Shown: positions 15,902 to 30,200 of the stretch, in pieces
How positions within the stretch are numbered: the first letter of the stretch is position 1
Layout: every line of letters begins with the position of its first letter
Assembly (NCBI GenBank): GCA_964016885.1
Contig: OZ024754.1
Span: forward strand, 30,318,001-30,382,000
Origin: Eledone cirrhosa
Lineage: Eukaryota
Reading direction: 5' to 3'
Length of the DNA: 64,000 nt
Made by a program: the position numbers and the translations under genes
Notes under the pieces: generated by a model
What the model was told of the DNA's origin: nothing
Database searches by the model: none
The model's input: the letters and a program-made list of their open reading frames with translations, nothing else

Positions 15902-16219
15902 ACAAGTACAACTGCTACAAGTATGGAGTTAGAGTGACTCTCTCAGTAAATGCTTAAATTCTTAAACCAACAAGTCTAGTCTGGTTCTCCCTTTAGAGAG
16001 AAATGTGGTTACTCATTCGAGTGTAGACTGTTGCTTGGAGTGAAGTATGAGAGTACACTTAAGTATAGTTTATCTGTAGAACCAGCATGAGCGTGGGTGG
16101 GGTGTCCCATAAGGAAAGGATAGGTTATATAATGTAGACCTACATAGAGATATGAAGACAGGAGGGTCATAAAAGGAGGGTCATGACTCGGTGTAATTCT
16201 GCTTTGATCTATAGCTAAG

Positions 16220-16750
16220 CAACCACAACAATTCCAACAAAAAACAATGACAAATTAATAGTTATAGGGAAGAATCTTGAATAAAAATAACAAGAACAAC
16301 AACAGTAATAACACCAACAACAACAACCACAATAATAACAACAATGACAACAATAACCATGACAACCATAACAACCACAATAATAACAACAACAACAACA
16401 ATAACCATGACAACCACAACAACCACAATAATAACAACAACCACAACAATAACCATGACAACCATAACAACAACAACAACGACAACAATAACCATGACAA
16501 CCATAACAACTACAATAATAACAACAACCACAACAATAACCATGACAACCACAACAACAACAACACCAACAACTACAAGAAAAAAAACCACAACAACCAC
16601 AACAACAACAACAACACCAACAACAACTACAAGAATAATAACCACGACACCCACAACAACAATAACAACAACAACACCAACAACAACTACAAGAATAATA
16701 ACCACGACACCCACAACAACAACAGCTCTCAAAGGAACAATAATCACAAT
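16220..16750. repeat. (AAC/AAT)n degenerate trinucleotide repeat
   Basis: Read directly. Confidence 0.95.
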
Positions 16751-16861
16751 AAACTATTCCCTAGGATTGGATGAGGAGAGTAATATATTTAAAATTCTGT
16801 CCACAGAGACAATGTGACAATTTATGTTGTTTTACAAACAACATAAATGGTAGTATTATCA

Positions 16862-17050
16862 ATGGTGGATTGGTAGTATCGGTAGAGGGTCGGACACCAT
16901 GCTTTGCAGCAAAGAGTTACGGCCCTTTACGGTCTGAGTTCAAATCCCGCCGAGGTTAATTTTGCCTTTCATCCTTACAGGGTCGATAAAATAAAGTACC
17001 AGTAATACACTGGGTAATTGCTGGCCTTGTGCCAAAAGTAGAAACAATTA
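16862..17050 (+). mobile_element. tRNA-derived SINE (second family)
   Basis: B-box GAGTTCAAATCC and tail GCTGGCCTTGTGCCAAAAGTAGAAAC. Close copy at 50759-50941. Confidence 0.8.
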
Positions 17051-17744
17051 TCAATTAATGTGTTGTTTTCTTTTATTTTATTATCTGAACATTATTGTTT
17101 TGGATCGGTGGTCAAGTTGTTAGAGTTGTTTGAGCCATGGACATTATTTGTTCAAGGTCACCCTTCTGGTGTTTGGAACATAACTTAACAAAGGTTCTAC
17201 CATAAAATTGTGATGGAAGGCATTTTAATCCTTTCATTGTTGTAGTTCTAATGAGAGACACTGTATTTCATCATCATCATCATTGTCGTTGTCATTTTAA
17301 TGTCCACTTTCCCTGCTAGCAAGAGTTGGACGGGTCAGTACTGAAGCAGAGCCACTGATCTACCAGGCAGGCCAAGGACCTGTGCACTTATGTACAGTCT
17401 CATATTAGTTAATGAAATATTTAGAGAGATTTAATAAAATTATTAATTATTTCAATATTAAGATAATATTTGTAACATAACAACAAATTATGCTGGAAGA
17501 TGTTGGTGGTAAGAAAATCTCAGGAGAGCTGGACAACAGAAGGTCTTCAGAGAAGAAACCCCCCAAAGTTGTGTTTTGACCCTTAGCTTTTCATGACTGC
17601 GTTTTTAATTAAATACACTCTATTTTTATTAATTAATGAAGAATTTTGAGTGATTTACTAACAATATTAATTATTTTATCACTACATTAGTAACTTAATG
17701 TAAGGTTCTTATGTAAAATTATGTTGGAAGATTTTAATTTAAAT

Positions 17745-20735
17745 TAGAAACCTTTAAAATGGGTGGTTTTATTTCATAGAACCAGAGCTGGTATTTGGTT
17801 GGATTGATAAATAATGGATTAACTAATTTTAGTAGAAACCTTTTAGAATGAGTTGTTTTGTATCATAGAACCAGAGTTGGTATTTGGTTGGATTGGTAAC
17901 TAATGGATTAACTAATTTTAGTAGAAACCTTTTAGAATGAGTTGTTTTGTATCATAGAACGAGTGCTGCTTTTGACTGGATTGGTAACTAATGGATTAAC
18001 TAATTTTAGTAGAAACCTTTTAGAATGAGTTGTTTTGTATCATAGAACCAGAGCTGGTTTTGACTGGATTGGTAACTAATGGATTAACTAATTTTAGTAG
18101 AAACCTTTTAGAATGAGTTGTTTTGTATCATAGAACTAGAGATGGTATTTGGTTGGATTGGTAACTAATGGATTAACTAATTTTAGTAGAAACCTTTTAG
18201 AATGAGTTGTTTTGTATCATAGAACCAGAGCTGGTTTTGACTGGATTGGTAACTAATGGATTAACTAATTTTAGTAGAAACCTTTTAGAATGAGTTGTTT
18301 TGTATCATAGAACTAGAGATGGTATTTGGTTGGATTGGTAACTAATGGATTAACTAATTTTAGTAGAAACCTTTTAGAATGAGTTGTTTTGTATCATAGA
18401 ACTAGAGTTGGTATTTGGTTGGATTGGTAACTAATGGATTAACTAATTTTAGTAGAAACCTTTTAGAATGAGTTGTTTTGTATCATAGAACTAGAGCTGG
18501 TATTTGGTTGGATTGGTAACTAATGGATTAACTAATTTTAGTAGAAACCTTTTAGAATGAGTTGTTTTGTATCATAGAACCAGAGCTGGTATTTGGTTGG
18601 ATTGGTAACTAATGGATTAACTAATTTTAGTAGAAACCTTTTAGAATGAGTTGTTTTGTATCATAGAACCAGAGTTGGTATTTGGTTGGATTGGTAACTA
18701 ATGGATTAACTAATTTTAGTAGAAACCTTTTAGAATGAGTTGTTTTGTATCATAGAACGAGTGCTGCTTTTGACTGGATTGGTAACTAATGGATTAACTA
18801 ATTTTAGTAGAAACCTTTTAGAATGAGTTGTTTTGTATCATAGAACTAGAGCTGGTATTTGGTTGGATTGGTAACTAATGGATTAACTAATTTTAGTAGA
18901 AACCTTTTAGAATTAGTTGTTTTGTATCATAGAACCAGAGTTGGTATTTGGTTGGATTGGTAACTAATGGATTAACTAATTTTAGTAGAAACCTTTTAGA
19001 ATTAGTTGTTTTGTATCATAGAACCAGAGTTGGTATTTGGTTGGATTGGTAACTAATGGATTAACTAATTTTAGTAGAAACCTTTTAGAATGAGTTGTTT
19101 TGTATCATAGAACTAGAGCTGGTATTTGGTTGGATTGGTAACTAATGGATTAACTAATTTTAGTAGAAACCTTTTAGAATGAGTTGTTTTGTATCATAGA
19201 ACCAGAGCTGGTTTTGACTGGATTGGTAACTAATGGATTAACTAATTTTAGTAGAAACCTTTTAGAATGAGTTGTTTTGTATCATAGAACTAGAGATGGT
19301 ATTTGGTTGGATTGGTAACTAATGGATTAACTAATTTTAGTAGAAACCTTTTAGAATGAGTTGTTTTGTATCATAGAACTAGAGATGGTATTTGGTTGGA
19401 TTGGTAACTAATGGATTAACTAATTTTAGTAGAAACCTTTTAGAATGAGTTGTTTTGTATCATAGAACCAGAGTTGGTATTTGGTTGGATTGGTAACTAA
19501 TGGATTAACTAATTTTAGTAGAAACCTTTTAGAATGAGTTGTTTTGTATCATAGAACTAGAGTTGGTATTTGGTTGGATTGGTAACTAATGGATTAACTA
19601 ATTTTAGTAGAAACCTTTTAGAATGAGTTGTTTTGTATCATAGAACCAGAGTTGGTATTTGGTTGGATTGGTAACTAATGGATTAACTAATTTTAGTAGA
19701 AACCTTTTAGAATGAGTTGTTTTGTATCATAGAACTAGAGATGGTATTTGGTTGGATTGGTAACTAATGGATTAACTAATTTTAGTAGAAACCTTTTAGA
19801 ATGAGTTGTTTTGTATCATAGAACCAGAGCTGGTATTTGGTTGGATTGGTAACTAATGGATTAACTAATTTTAGTAGAAACCTTTTAGAATGAGTTGTTT
19901 TGTATCATAGAACCAGAGTTGGTATTTGGTTGGATTGGTAACTAATGGATTAACTAATTTTAGTAGAAACCTTTTAGAATGAGTTGTTTTGTATCATAGA
20001 ACGAGTGCTGCTTTTGACTGGATTGGTAACTAATGGATTAACTAATTTTAGTAGAAACCTTTTAGAATGAGTTGTTTTGTATCATAGAACTAGAGTTGGT
20101 ATTTGGTTGGATTGGTAACTAATGGATTAACTAATTTTAGTAGAAACCTTTTAGAATGAGTTGTTTTGTATCATAGAACTAGAGATGGTATTTGGTTGGA
20201 TTGGTAACTAATGGATTAACTAATTTTAGTAGAAACCTTTTAGAATGAGTTGTTTTGTATCATAGAACCAGAGCTGGTTTTGACTGGATTGGTAACTAAT
20301 GGATTAACTAATTTTAGTAGAAACCTTTTAGAATGAGTTGTTTTGTATCATAGAACTAGAGTTGGTATTTGGTTGGATTGGTAACTAATGGATTAACTAA
20401 TTTTAGTAGAAACCTTTTAGAATGAGTTGTTTTGTATCATAGAACTAGAGATGGTATTTGGTTGGATTGGTAACTAATGGATTAACTAATTTTAGTAGAA
20501 ACCTTTTAGAATGAGTTGTTTTGTATCATAGAACTAGAGCTGGTATTTGGTTGGATTGGTAACTAATGGATTAACTAATTTTAGTAGAAACCTTTTAGAA
20601 TGAGTTGTTTTGTATCATAGAACCAGAGTTGGTATTTGGTTGGATTGGTAACTAATGGATTAACTAATTTTAGTAGAAACCTTTTAGAATGAGTTGTTTT
20701 GTATCATAGAACCAGAGTTGGTATTTGGTTGGCTG
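17745..20735. repeat. 88-89-bp tandem array, about 33 copies
   Basis: Unit AACTAATTTTAGTAGAAACCTTTTAGAATGAGTTGTTTTGTATCATAGAAC...GGATTGGTAACTAATGGATT. Confidence 0.97.
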
Positions 20736-20811
20736 ATATAAAAAGTGTTAAAACAGTTTTGTATCATAGAACAAAGGATCAGTTTCAGCTGGTTTGGTAT
20801 CAAAAGGGGGA

Positions 20812-21160
20812 AGTTGCTATTGTTGTTCTTATTGTTGTTGTTGTTGGTGGTGGCAGTATTGTTGTTGGTGGTATTGCTGTTGTTATTGTTGTTATTGCTG
20901 TTGTTGTAGGTGGTGGTGGTATTGTTGTTGTTGTTGGTGTTAGTATTGTTGTTGTTATTGTTGTTGTTGTTGTTGGTTGTAGTAATTGCTGTTGTTGCTG
21001 GTATTGCTGTTTTTATTGTTGTTGTTATTGCTGTTGTTAGTGGTATTGTTGTTGTAGTAATTGATGTTGCTGTTATTGCTGTTATTGTTGGTGGTATTGT
21101 TTTTGTTGCTATTGTTGTTGTTGGTGTTGTAACTGTTCCTGTTTTAATTGTTGTTGTGTT
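20812..21160. repeat. (GTT)n degenerate repeat
   Basis: Read directly. Confidence 0.95.
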
Positions 21161-21704
21161 TCCTTTCATCCTTCAGGGCTGGGAGTGGGGGTGTCAATAA
21201 AACAAGTACCAGTAATATATTGATGAAAAAAAAGGGGAAGGGGATCCAGAGTAATCAACAGCTCCTGCCCTAAAGATAGTGGGTTTTAATATCACCTCAT
21301 GTCAACCCTTATCTCATGAGTGAAATTTGGTAGATGGAAACTATGCTAAAGCCTCTCATATATGTATGTGTGTGAGTGTATGTGTATGAGTGTATGTGTG
21401 TGAATGTGTGTCTGTGTTTATGTTTGTGTCTGTGTTTATGTTTGTGTCTGGGTGTTTATTTATATCCTATAAGTTAGGGGGTTCAACACAAAAGAAATCC
21501 TTAATATAGGCACCCAAAATCTGTGCAGAAGCCCCTAATATATGTATGTCTATGTATGTGTGTGTCTGGGTGTTTATTTATATCCTATAAGTTAGGGCTT
21601 CAAAAAAAAAGATATCCATAATATAAACACCAGACCTGAAAAAAAAAGTATTGACTAACCCTTGAAAGTGGTGCCCCAGCAAGACCACAGTCTAATGACT
21701 GAAA

Positions 21705-23925
21705 CCAGTAGAAAAATAAAATAAAATTGACCAAGTCACACACAGTAGAAATAACAGAAAAAAGGGGGTAGAAATTGACCGGATCACACAAAGTAGGAAT
21801 AAGAGAAAAACGGGTTAGAAATTGACCAGCTCATACATAGTAAAAATAACAGAAAAAAGGGGGTAGAAATTGACCAGGTCACACATAGTAGGGATAACAG
21901 AAAAATGGGGGTAGAAATTGACCAGGTCACACAGTAGGAATAACAGAAAAATGGGGGTAGAAATTGACCAGGTCACACATAGTAGGAATAACAGAAAAAT
22001 GGGGGTAGAAATTGACCAGGTCACACATAGTAGGAATAACAGAAAAATGGGGGTAGAAATTGACCAGGTCACACAGTAGGAATAACAGAAAAACAGGGTA
22101 GAAATTGACCAGGTCACACAGTAGGAATTATGTAGAAAAACGGGGGTAGAAATTGACCAGGTCACACATAGTAGGAATAACAGAAAAATGGGGGTAGAAA
22201 TTGACCAGGTCACACATAGTAGAAATAACAGAAAAATGGGGGTAGAAATTGACCAGGTCATACATAGTAGGAATAACAGAAAAATGGGGGTAGGAATTGA
22301 CCAGCTCATACATAGTAAAACTAACAGAAAAAATGGGGTAGAAATTGACCAGGTCACACACAGTATAAATAACAGAAAAATGGGGAAGAAATTGACCAGG
22401 TCACACATAGTAGAAATAACAGAAAAATGGGGGTAGAAATTGACCAGGTCACACATAGTAGAAATAACAGAAAAATGGGGGTAGAAATTGACCAGGTCAC
22501 ACATAGTAGAAATAACAGAAAAATGGGGGTAGAAATTGACCAGGTCACACATAGTAGGAATAACAGAAAAAAGGGGGTAGAAATTGACCAGGTCACACAC
22601 AGTACAAATAACAGAAAAACAGGGTAGAAATTGACCAGGTTACACATAGTAGGAATAACAGAAAAAAGGGGGTAGAAATTGACCAGGTCACACACAGTAT
22701 AAATAACAGAAAAATGGGGGTAGAAATTGACCAGGTTACACATAGTAGGAATAACAGAAAAAAGGGGGTAGAAATTGACCAGGTCACACACAGTACAAAT
22801 AACAGAAAAACAGGGTAGAAATTGACCAGGTTACACATAGTAGGAATAACAGAAAAAAGGGGGTAGAAATTGACCAGGTCACACATAGTAGGAATAACAG
22901 AAAAATGGGGGTAGGAATTGACCAGCTCACACATAGTAGAAATAACAGAAAAAATGGGGTAGAAATTGACCAGGTCACACATAGTATAAATAACAGAAAA
23001 ATGGGGGTAGAAATTGACCAGGTTACACATAGTAGGAATAACAGAAAAATGGGGGTAGAAATTGACCAGCTCACACATAGTAGAAATAACAGAAAAATGG
23101 GGTAGAAATTGACCAGGTCACACATAGTAGGAATAACAGAAAAATGGGGGTAGAAATTGACCAGGTTACACAGTAGGAATAACAGAAAAATGGGGGTAGA
23201 AATTGACCAGGTTACACATAGTAGGAATAACAGAAAAATGGGGGTAGGAATTGACCAGCTCATACATAGTAAAACTAACAGAAAAAATGGGGTAGAAATT
23301 GACCAGGTCACACATAGTAGGAATAACAGAAAAATGGGGGTAGAAATTGACCAGGTTACACATAGTAGGAATAACAGAAAAATGGGGTAGAAATTGACCA
23401 GGTCACACATAGTAGGAATAACAGAAAAATGGGGGTAGGAATTGACCAGCTCATACATAGTAAAACTAACAGAAAAAATGGGGTAGAAATTGACCAGGTC
23501 ACACATAGTAGGAATAACAGAAAAATGGGGGTAGAAATTGACCAGGTTACACATAGTAGGAATAACAGAAAAATGGGGGTAGGAATTGACCAGGTCACAC
23601 ATAGTAGGAATAACAGAAAAATGGGGGTAGGAATTGACCAGGTTACACATAGTAGGAATAACAGAAAAATGGGGGTAGAAATTGACCAGGTTACACATAG
23701 TAGGAATAACAGAAAAATGGGGGTAGGAATTGACCAGGTCACACATAGTAGGAATAACAGAAAAATGGGGGTAGGAATTGACCAGCTCATACATAGTAAA
23801 ACTAACAGAAAAAATGGGGTAGAAATTGACCAGGTCACACATAGTAGGAATAACAGAAAAATGGGGAAGAAATTGACCAGGTTACACATAGTAGGAATTA
23901 TGTAGAAAAACGGGGTAGAAATGAG
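21705..23925. repeat. 48-bp minisatellite, about 46 copies
   Basis: Unit GAAATTGACCAGGTCACACATAGTAGGAATAACAGAAAAATGGGGGTA with frequent 1-2 nt indels. Confidence 0.97.
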
Positions 23926-23934
23926 TTTACTCAC

Positions 23935-23995
23935 CAGATTTTGATCCCCAGTGAAATCTGATGTTGACTTTTTTCTTTATAAATCCCAGCGACAT
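23935..23995 (-). CDS. Candidate first coding exon, MSLGFIKKKVNIRFHWGSKS plus G (phase 1)
   Basis: AAAAATG start context, 20 open codons and G|GTGAGT donor. Phase-compatible with 12353-12414. Confidence 0.3.
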
Positions 23996-24099
23996 TTTTA
24001 CTGATTGATGTGAAAATGTATATATGGATTGATGGATATAAATATGGATATTAATATAGATCTATATCAATATAGACTTGGGAGGTCAGTAGGTAGGTG

Positions 24100-25407
24100 G
24101 AGAGGTAGATCGATAGATGAGTAGGTAGATAGAGGGCTGGATACCTAGATAGATGGATAGACAGATAACTTTCTATTTAAGATAGATAGATAGATAGATA
24201 GATGGTGGATACCTAGATAGATGGTGGATACCTAGATAGATGGTGGATACCTAGATAGATGGATAGATAGATGGTGGATACCTAGATAGATGGTGGATAC
24301 CTAGATAGATGGATAGATGGGTAGATGGATAGACGGGTAGGTAGGTAGATAGATAGAGAAAGGGATAGATAGATAGATAGAGGGTGGATAGCTAGATAGA
24401 TGGATAGATGGGTATATATATAGATAGATAAATAGATAGATAGATAGAAAGATAGATGGATAGCTAGATAGATAGAAAGATAGATGGATAGCTAGATAGA
24501 TAGAAAGATGGATGGATAGCTAGATAGATAGAAAGATGGATGGATAAATGGATGGGTGAATTGATAAATGGATAGATAGATAAATAGATAGATAGATAGA
24601 TAGATAGATAGATGGATAGATAGATAGATAGATAGATGGTAGGTAAGTTACAAACACAGAGATAGAGAGTAGAATTAACAGAGGATGTTTAACTAAGTCC
24701 AAGGATTAAAAACTGCTGGTAAAAATGAAAAACAAGATGGTGTGGGAAAAATTACAGTAATGATAATAGCAATAACTATAATAATAATGATAATGATAAT
24801 AATTATAAAAATAATTTTAAAAAAATGCTAATTCTAATGATAGTAATAATATTACTGACTTCTTTGTGTGTTTTCTTTTGTTTAAATAAATGATTTCATT
24901 TTGTAAATAATAATAACGATGATGATGATGATGATGATGATGATGACGAGGAAGATAATGGCGATGATGATAATGATGATGATGACAATGATGATAATGA
25001 TGATGATGATGATTAATGATGATGAATAGTTGATGGACAACTATATGTGGTTATTATGTGTACATAACATCGCAGTGTGTATATGTGTGAGCATGTGTGT
25101 GTGTGTGTATGTATTTGTGTATATATGCGTGAGTTTATGTGTGTGTGTGTGTGTGTATTTGTGTGTATATGTGTGTGTGTATATATGTGTGTGTGTGTAT
25201 GTGTGTGTGTGTGTATATATATATGTGTGTATATGTATGTGTGTGTATATACATACACACAATTGGTCGAGCTAGATGTGATGTATACTGTAGTCAAGCT
25301 GTGTATAGCTGGGAGTAAAATAGGTTGGAGAGAGGGAGAGAGGGAGAGAGAGGGAGAGAATGGGTGAAAGAGAGAGGAGAGAGAGAAACTAGAACAGTGA
25401 GATAGGG

Positions 25408-25484
<77 letters not shown>

Positions 25485-25530
25485 TATTACATATATATTA
25501 TATATATACATATATATATAAATATATATA
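24100..25530. repeat. Compound microsatellites (GATA)n, (GAT)n, (GT)n, (GA)n, (TA)n
   Basis: Read directly. Confidence 0.95.
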
Positions 25531-25532
25531 TA

Positions 25533-26418
25533 CGAGGTGTGTCAGAAAAGTTCCAGGACTGATGTCACAAAAGATTTATTTCAAACCCAAACTTCACACT
25601 AAGAGTTTTCTCCTTCAAAGTAATCCCCCTGGAGTATGTAACTGTAAACTTAGCTCTCTGTAGCGATCAAATTTTTTTCTTCATAAATTTATATACATGT
25701 CCTCTGTTTCAGGTCGTCAAGTAATGAGCACAGAGCAACGAACAAACTTGTAGTTTCTGGTACGGTTGGGGAAAACTCCGTCAGAAGCACTGGGATTGCT
25801 GCAGCAAGTGTATGGAGATGAGACGATGTCACGCTCACGTGTTTTTGAGTGGTGCAAGATGACCCCAGGAGCGGAAGGCCCTCAACAACCAGGACTGAGG
25901 TCAATGTTGAGCGCGTCAGGCAGATGGTGCATAGCGATCGTCAGCTGACTGTTCGACTGATGGCAAATGAGCTGGGCATGAATCGGGACAGCGTCTGGAA
26001 GATTCTCACTGAAGATTTGGACATGCGGAAAGTCTGTACAAAGATGGTGCCAAAACTGCTGAACAATGACCAGAAGGGTCGACGCATGCAAGTGTGCCAG
26101 GACATCCTCGAGCATCTTGAAACCGAACCAGACTTGCTATGGACAATCATCACTGGTGATGAGTCATGGCTCTTCAAGTACGACCCGGAGGGGACCCGTT
26201 TTGAAGACGTGGATGACATCAAAAAGGCCATGACGACGGAACTGAGGAGGATCCCAGAAGAATCCTTCCAGGAGTGCATGCAAGCGTGGCAGAAAAGGAT
26301 GGAAAAGTGCATTAGACTCCAGGGGGATTACTTTGAAGGAGAAAACTCTTAGTGTGAAGTTTGGGTTTGAAATAAATCTTTTGTGACATCAGTCCTGGAA
26401 CTTTTCTGACACACCTCG
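25533..26418 (+). mobile_element. Internally deleted Tc1/mariner element with ~100-bp inverted ends and TA target duplication
   Basis: TA-CGAGGTGTGTCAGAAAAGTTCC ... GGAACTTTTCTGACACACCTCG-TA. Transposase remnants DDPRSGRP, WTIITGDESW, YDPE and GDYFEG are present; most of the catalytic domain is missing. Confidence 0.95.
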
Positions 26419-26883
26419 TATGTGTGTATGTCAGTTGACACTGGCCTCAATAGCCTCTGGTAAAATATACTAGACAATCACGGTTAGCTAACTGCTGAGA
26501 TAGTTGGTTGGTTGGTTAATATTCATCAGTTGCCTTCGTTAGTTAACGAGCTGCTTCAGTAATTAATACTCTAGTCATACTAGTTTTACATATTTCTATT
26601 TATTTGTTGTTTTTAACTGTTGTTTATGAACTTTTATTTTTTTGAAATTGTTGTTGTTGTTGTTGTTGTTGTAATTGTTGTGGATATAGATGTAGTTGCT
26701 GTTGTTGTTGTTGTTGTAGATGTAGATGTAGTTGTTGGTGTTGTAGTTGTAGTTGTAGATGTAGTTGTTGGTGTTGTTGTTGTTGTTGTAGATGTTGTAG
26801 TATAATTGTTCTTTAATATGAGGAACTTAAATGAGTTACTTTCCACAATTAATTGCAATCTTTACTTCTTCTTCTTCTTCTTC

Positions 26884-26924
<41 letters not shown>

Positions 26925-27127
26925 TTGCTGGCCTTGTGCCTAAAGTAGAAACAATTATTATTATTATTATTATTATTGTTGTTATTATGATTTCCTTTTT
27001 GTCTTGACATCTTAAGGATTAACTTCCTACTGTGTGTATATATATATGTATGTATGTATACATACACACACATGCATATATATATATATACATATACACA
27101 TATACATATATATACACACACACACAT

Positions 27128-27226
<99 letters not shown>

Positions 27227-27284
27227 TATATATATATATAGATATGTGCTTGTTAAATTATGCCCAAAATACGGGGATCATATT

Positions 27285-30200
27285 TAAACCTTAACCTTCT
27301 CGCTAACTACCCCATATCCCTCCCACCCGCCTCCACGCACCACCATTATTACGTGGGCCAATCATAAGTCAGCAGCCTATGCTATCACTTACCTGGTTGC
27401 CTTTCGATATGATGGATGGACTACGGAATTCTGGAGAGTTTGAAAAGAAAAAATCTGGACACTCGGTGACAATGCCAAAGATAACGACAAATGCTGCCGG
27501 ACGAAAAGACAAGGACTCCTCCTCTTTGTTTCGGCCGCGGATGGCCAACATAACCCCAACCCCATCCCCCTCACCCCTCCCCGCGCCCCACCGCTCCCAC
27601 CCACCAAACACAATCCAAAACTTCAGAGTTGGTACCATGAATGTAGGCACCTTAAAGGGTCGCTCTAACGAGGTTGTAGAAATGCTTGAACGTAAGGAGG
27701 TCGATGTTTGTTGTATTCAAGAGACCAGGTGGAGGGGTGAGTCTGCTAGATTCATTGTGGGTAAAGAACGATGTTATAAGCTTTTCTGGGTGGGAAATGA
27801 CAATGGGCTGGGTGGAGTAGGAATCATGGTAGCAGAAAAGTGGGCAGATAAGATAATAGACGTAAATAGAGTGAACGACAGAATAATTAAAATAAGACTT
27901 GTCCTCAATATAACTACTGTGACAATAATATCTGCATATGCACCACAATCCGGACTGCCTAGCGTTATAAAAGACAGATTCTATGAGACATTAATGCTCA
28001 CTACCTCCCAAATAACTGACAGTGACTACATAGTTATCGCTGGCGACCTAAATGGTCACGTTGGACAACATTGTGACGGCTATGACGGAATCCATGGAGG
28101 CTATGGGTTTGGTACTAGAAATGAGGAAGGCTCCAGAATCCTGGAATTCTGTGACGCAAATAACCTAACTATCTGTAACACTAACTTAAAAAAACGAGAC
28201 AATCACTTCATCACCTATAGATCGGGGGAACACACAAACCAGGTAGATTATATCCTTACCAGGAGACGTGACAGAGTGTCTGTTGTAAACACTAAATCCC
28301 TCCCCATGAAGAATGCACCTCTCAACATAAACTCATAATTAGCGGCCTCATAGTCAGGATGAGACATACTCACCAACAGAAGAGAACTATCCTCAGGAGA
28401 AAAATATCGAAGCTAAAGGACCCCACAGCCAGTAATAAATTTAAAAGCATATTACTTGATGCTTTCGACAGTAAGGAAGAGCAATTAGAGTCATACAATA
28501 TAGAGGAACAGTGGGAATTCCTGAAAGCTAACCTGCTGAAGGCGGCAGATGAAGTCTGTGGCTGGAGCAGGCCTATAGGCAGGAGAAGAGTAACGTGGTG
28601 GTGGAACAGTAAGGTGGAGGAGTCAATTAAGGCCAAAAAGCAGGCTTGGAAAGTATGGCGAGATGGGGGAAGTAGAGAAGACTATCAAGTGGCCAGGAGG
28701 GAAGCTAGGAGACAAGTGTACTTCGCAAGAAGGGAAGCAGAGGAAAGAAAGTTCAAGCATGTTCTACAATGTGAGGACCAAAAACGTGAGGTGTTCAGGA
28801 TTGCTAGGCAATGTGTCAAGGAAAACAGTGATATTGTCGGGGAGAAGTGTGTCCTTAATGATGATGGTGTACTTGCCATCACTGATGCTGATAAGAAGGA
28901 AGCTTGGAAGTGTCACTACAAAAGGCTACTAAATGAGGAGAATAATTGGGAGAAAGACAGTCTCCCCCACAACGACCCAATAGAGGGACCAGCAGTGCAA
29001 GTTGAAGGTAGTATAATAAGTAAGGCGATCAAAGACATGAAGACGGGCAAGGCGGCCGGGCCTTCGGAAATAGTTGCTGAAATGCTGAAAGCATCTGGAA
29101 CGGTGGGACACACTATGGTCACTCGGATAGTAAACCAAGTCATACAGAATGGGGTCGTTCCGAAGGACTGGCACAGCAGCATTATCATTAACTGCTACAA
29201 GGGTAAAGCTGATGCCCTAGATAGGGGAAACTATAGAGGCATTAAATTAATTGACCAGGTCATGAAGGTCACAGAAAAAGTAATAGCGCAACTAATCAGA
29301 GAGCGAATTGATCTAGACGAAATGCAATTCGGGTTTGTGTCAGGTAAAAGTACAACAGACGCTCTCTTCATTGTACGACAACTACATGAGAAGTACCTAG
29401 CTAAAAGTAAACCCCTATACTTAGCCTTTGTTGACTTGGAGAAAGCCTTTGACAGAGTACCCCGCTCGATTATCTGGTTGGCTCTTAGAAAACTAGGTGT
29501 TGATGAATGGCTTGTGAGAGCTATACAAGCCATGTATAAAGAAACAGTCAGCAAGGTTAGAATTAACAACGAATATAGTGAAAAGTTTAGCGTAAAAGTT
29601 GGTGTTCATCAGGGCTCCGTCCTTAGCCCCCTACTATTTATTATTGCCCTTCAGGCTATAACAGAAGAGTTCAAGACCAGCTGCCCATGGGAACTCCTAT
29701 ATGAAGATGATCTAACGCTCATAGCTGAATCAATGGCGGAACTAGAGAAGAAATTCCAAACATGGAAACATGGCCTAGAATCAAAAGGCCTTAAAGTTAA
29801 CTTGTCTAAGACTAAAGTTCTAGTTTGTAGGAAGGAAAATAGGGCACCGGTCCCATCTGGGAAATGGCCATGCTCAGTGTGTAGGAAAGGAATAGGCAGA
29901 AACTCCATTTTATGTCCCAAATGCAAAGTATGGGTGCATAAAAGATGTAGTGGGATCACAGGTAAGCTAACTAAGAATATAGATTTTATATGTGGCCGGT
30001 GCTATGGTACAATAAGTAGCAGCAAGTGCCCACAGTATACTAGCTCATTCCATTGCACAGATGGTTCTATAGAAATAGTGGACAGCTTCCGTTACCTGGG
30101 TGACAAAATCAGCAGTGGGGGAGGGTGCTCTGAAAGTACAGTAGCTAGAGTCAGAACGGGATGGAAAAAGTTCAGAGAGCTTATACCACTATTGGCCGCT

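Noticed and set aside
21600-23934. 16-aa repeat ORFs
   Set aside because: Frequent frameshifting indels show there is no coding constraint.
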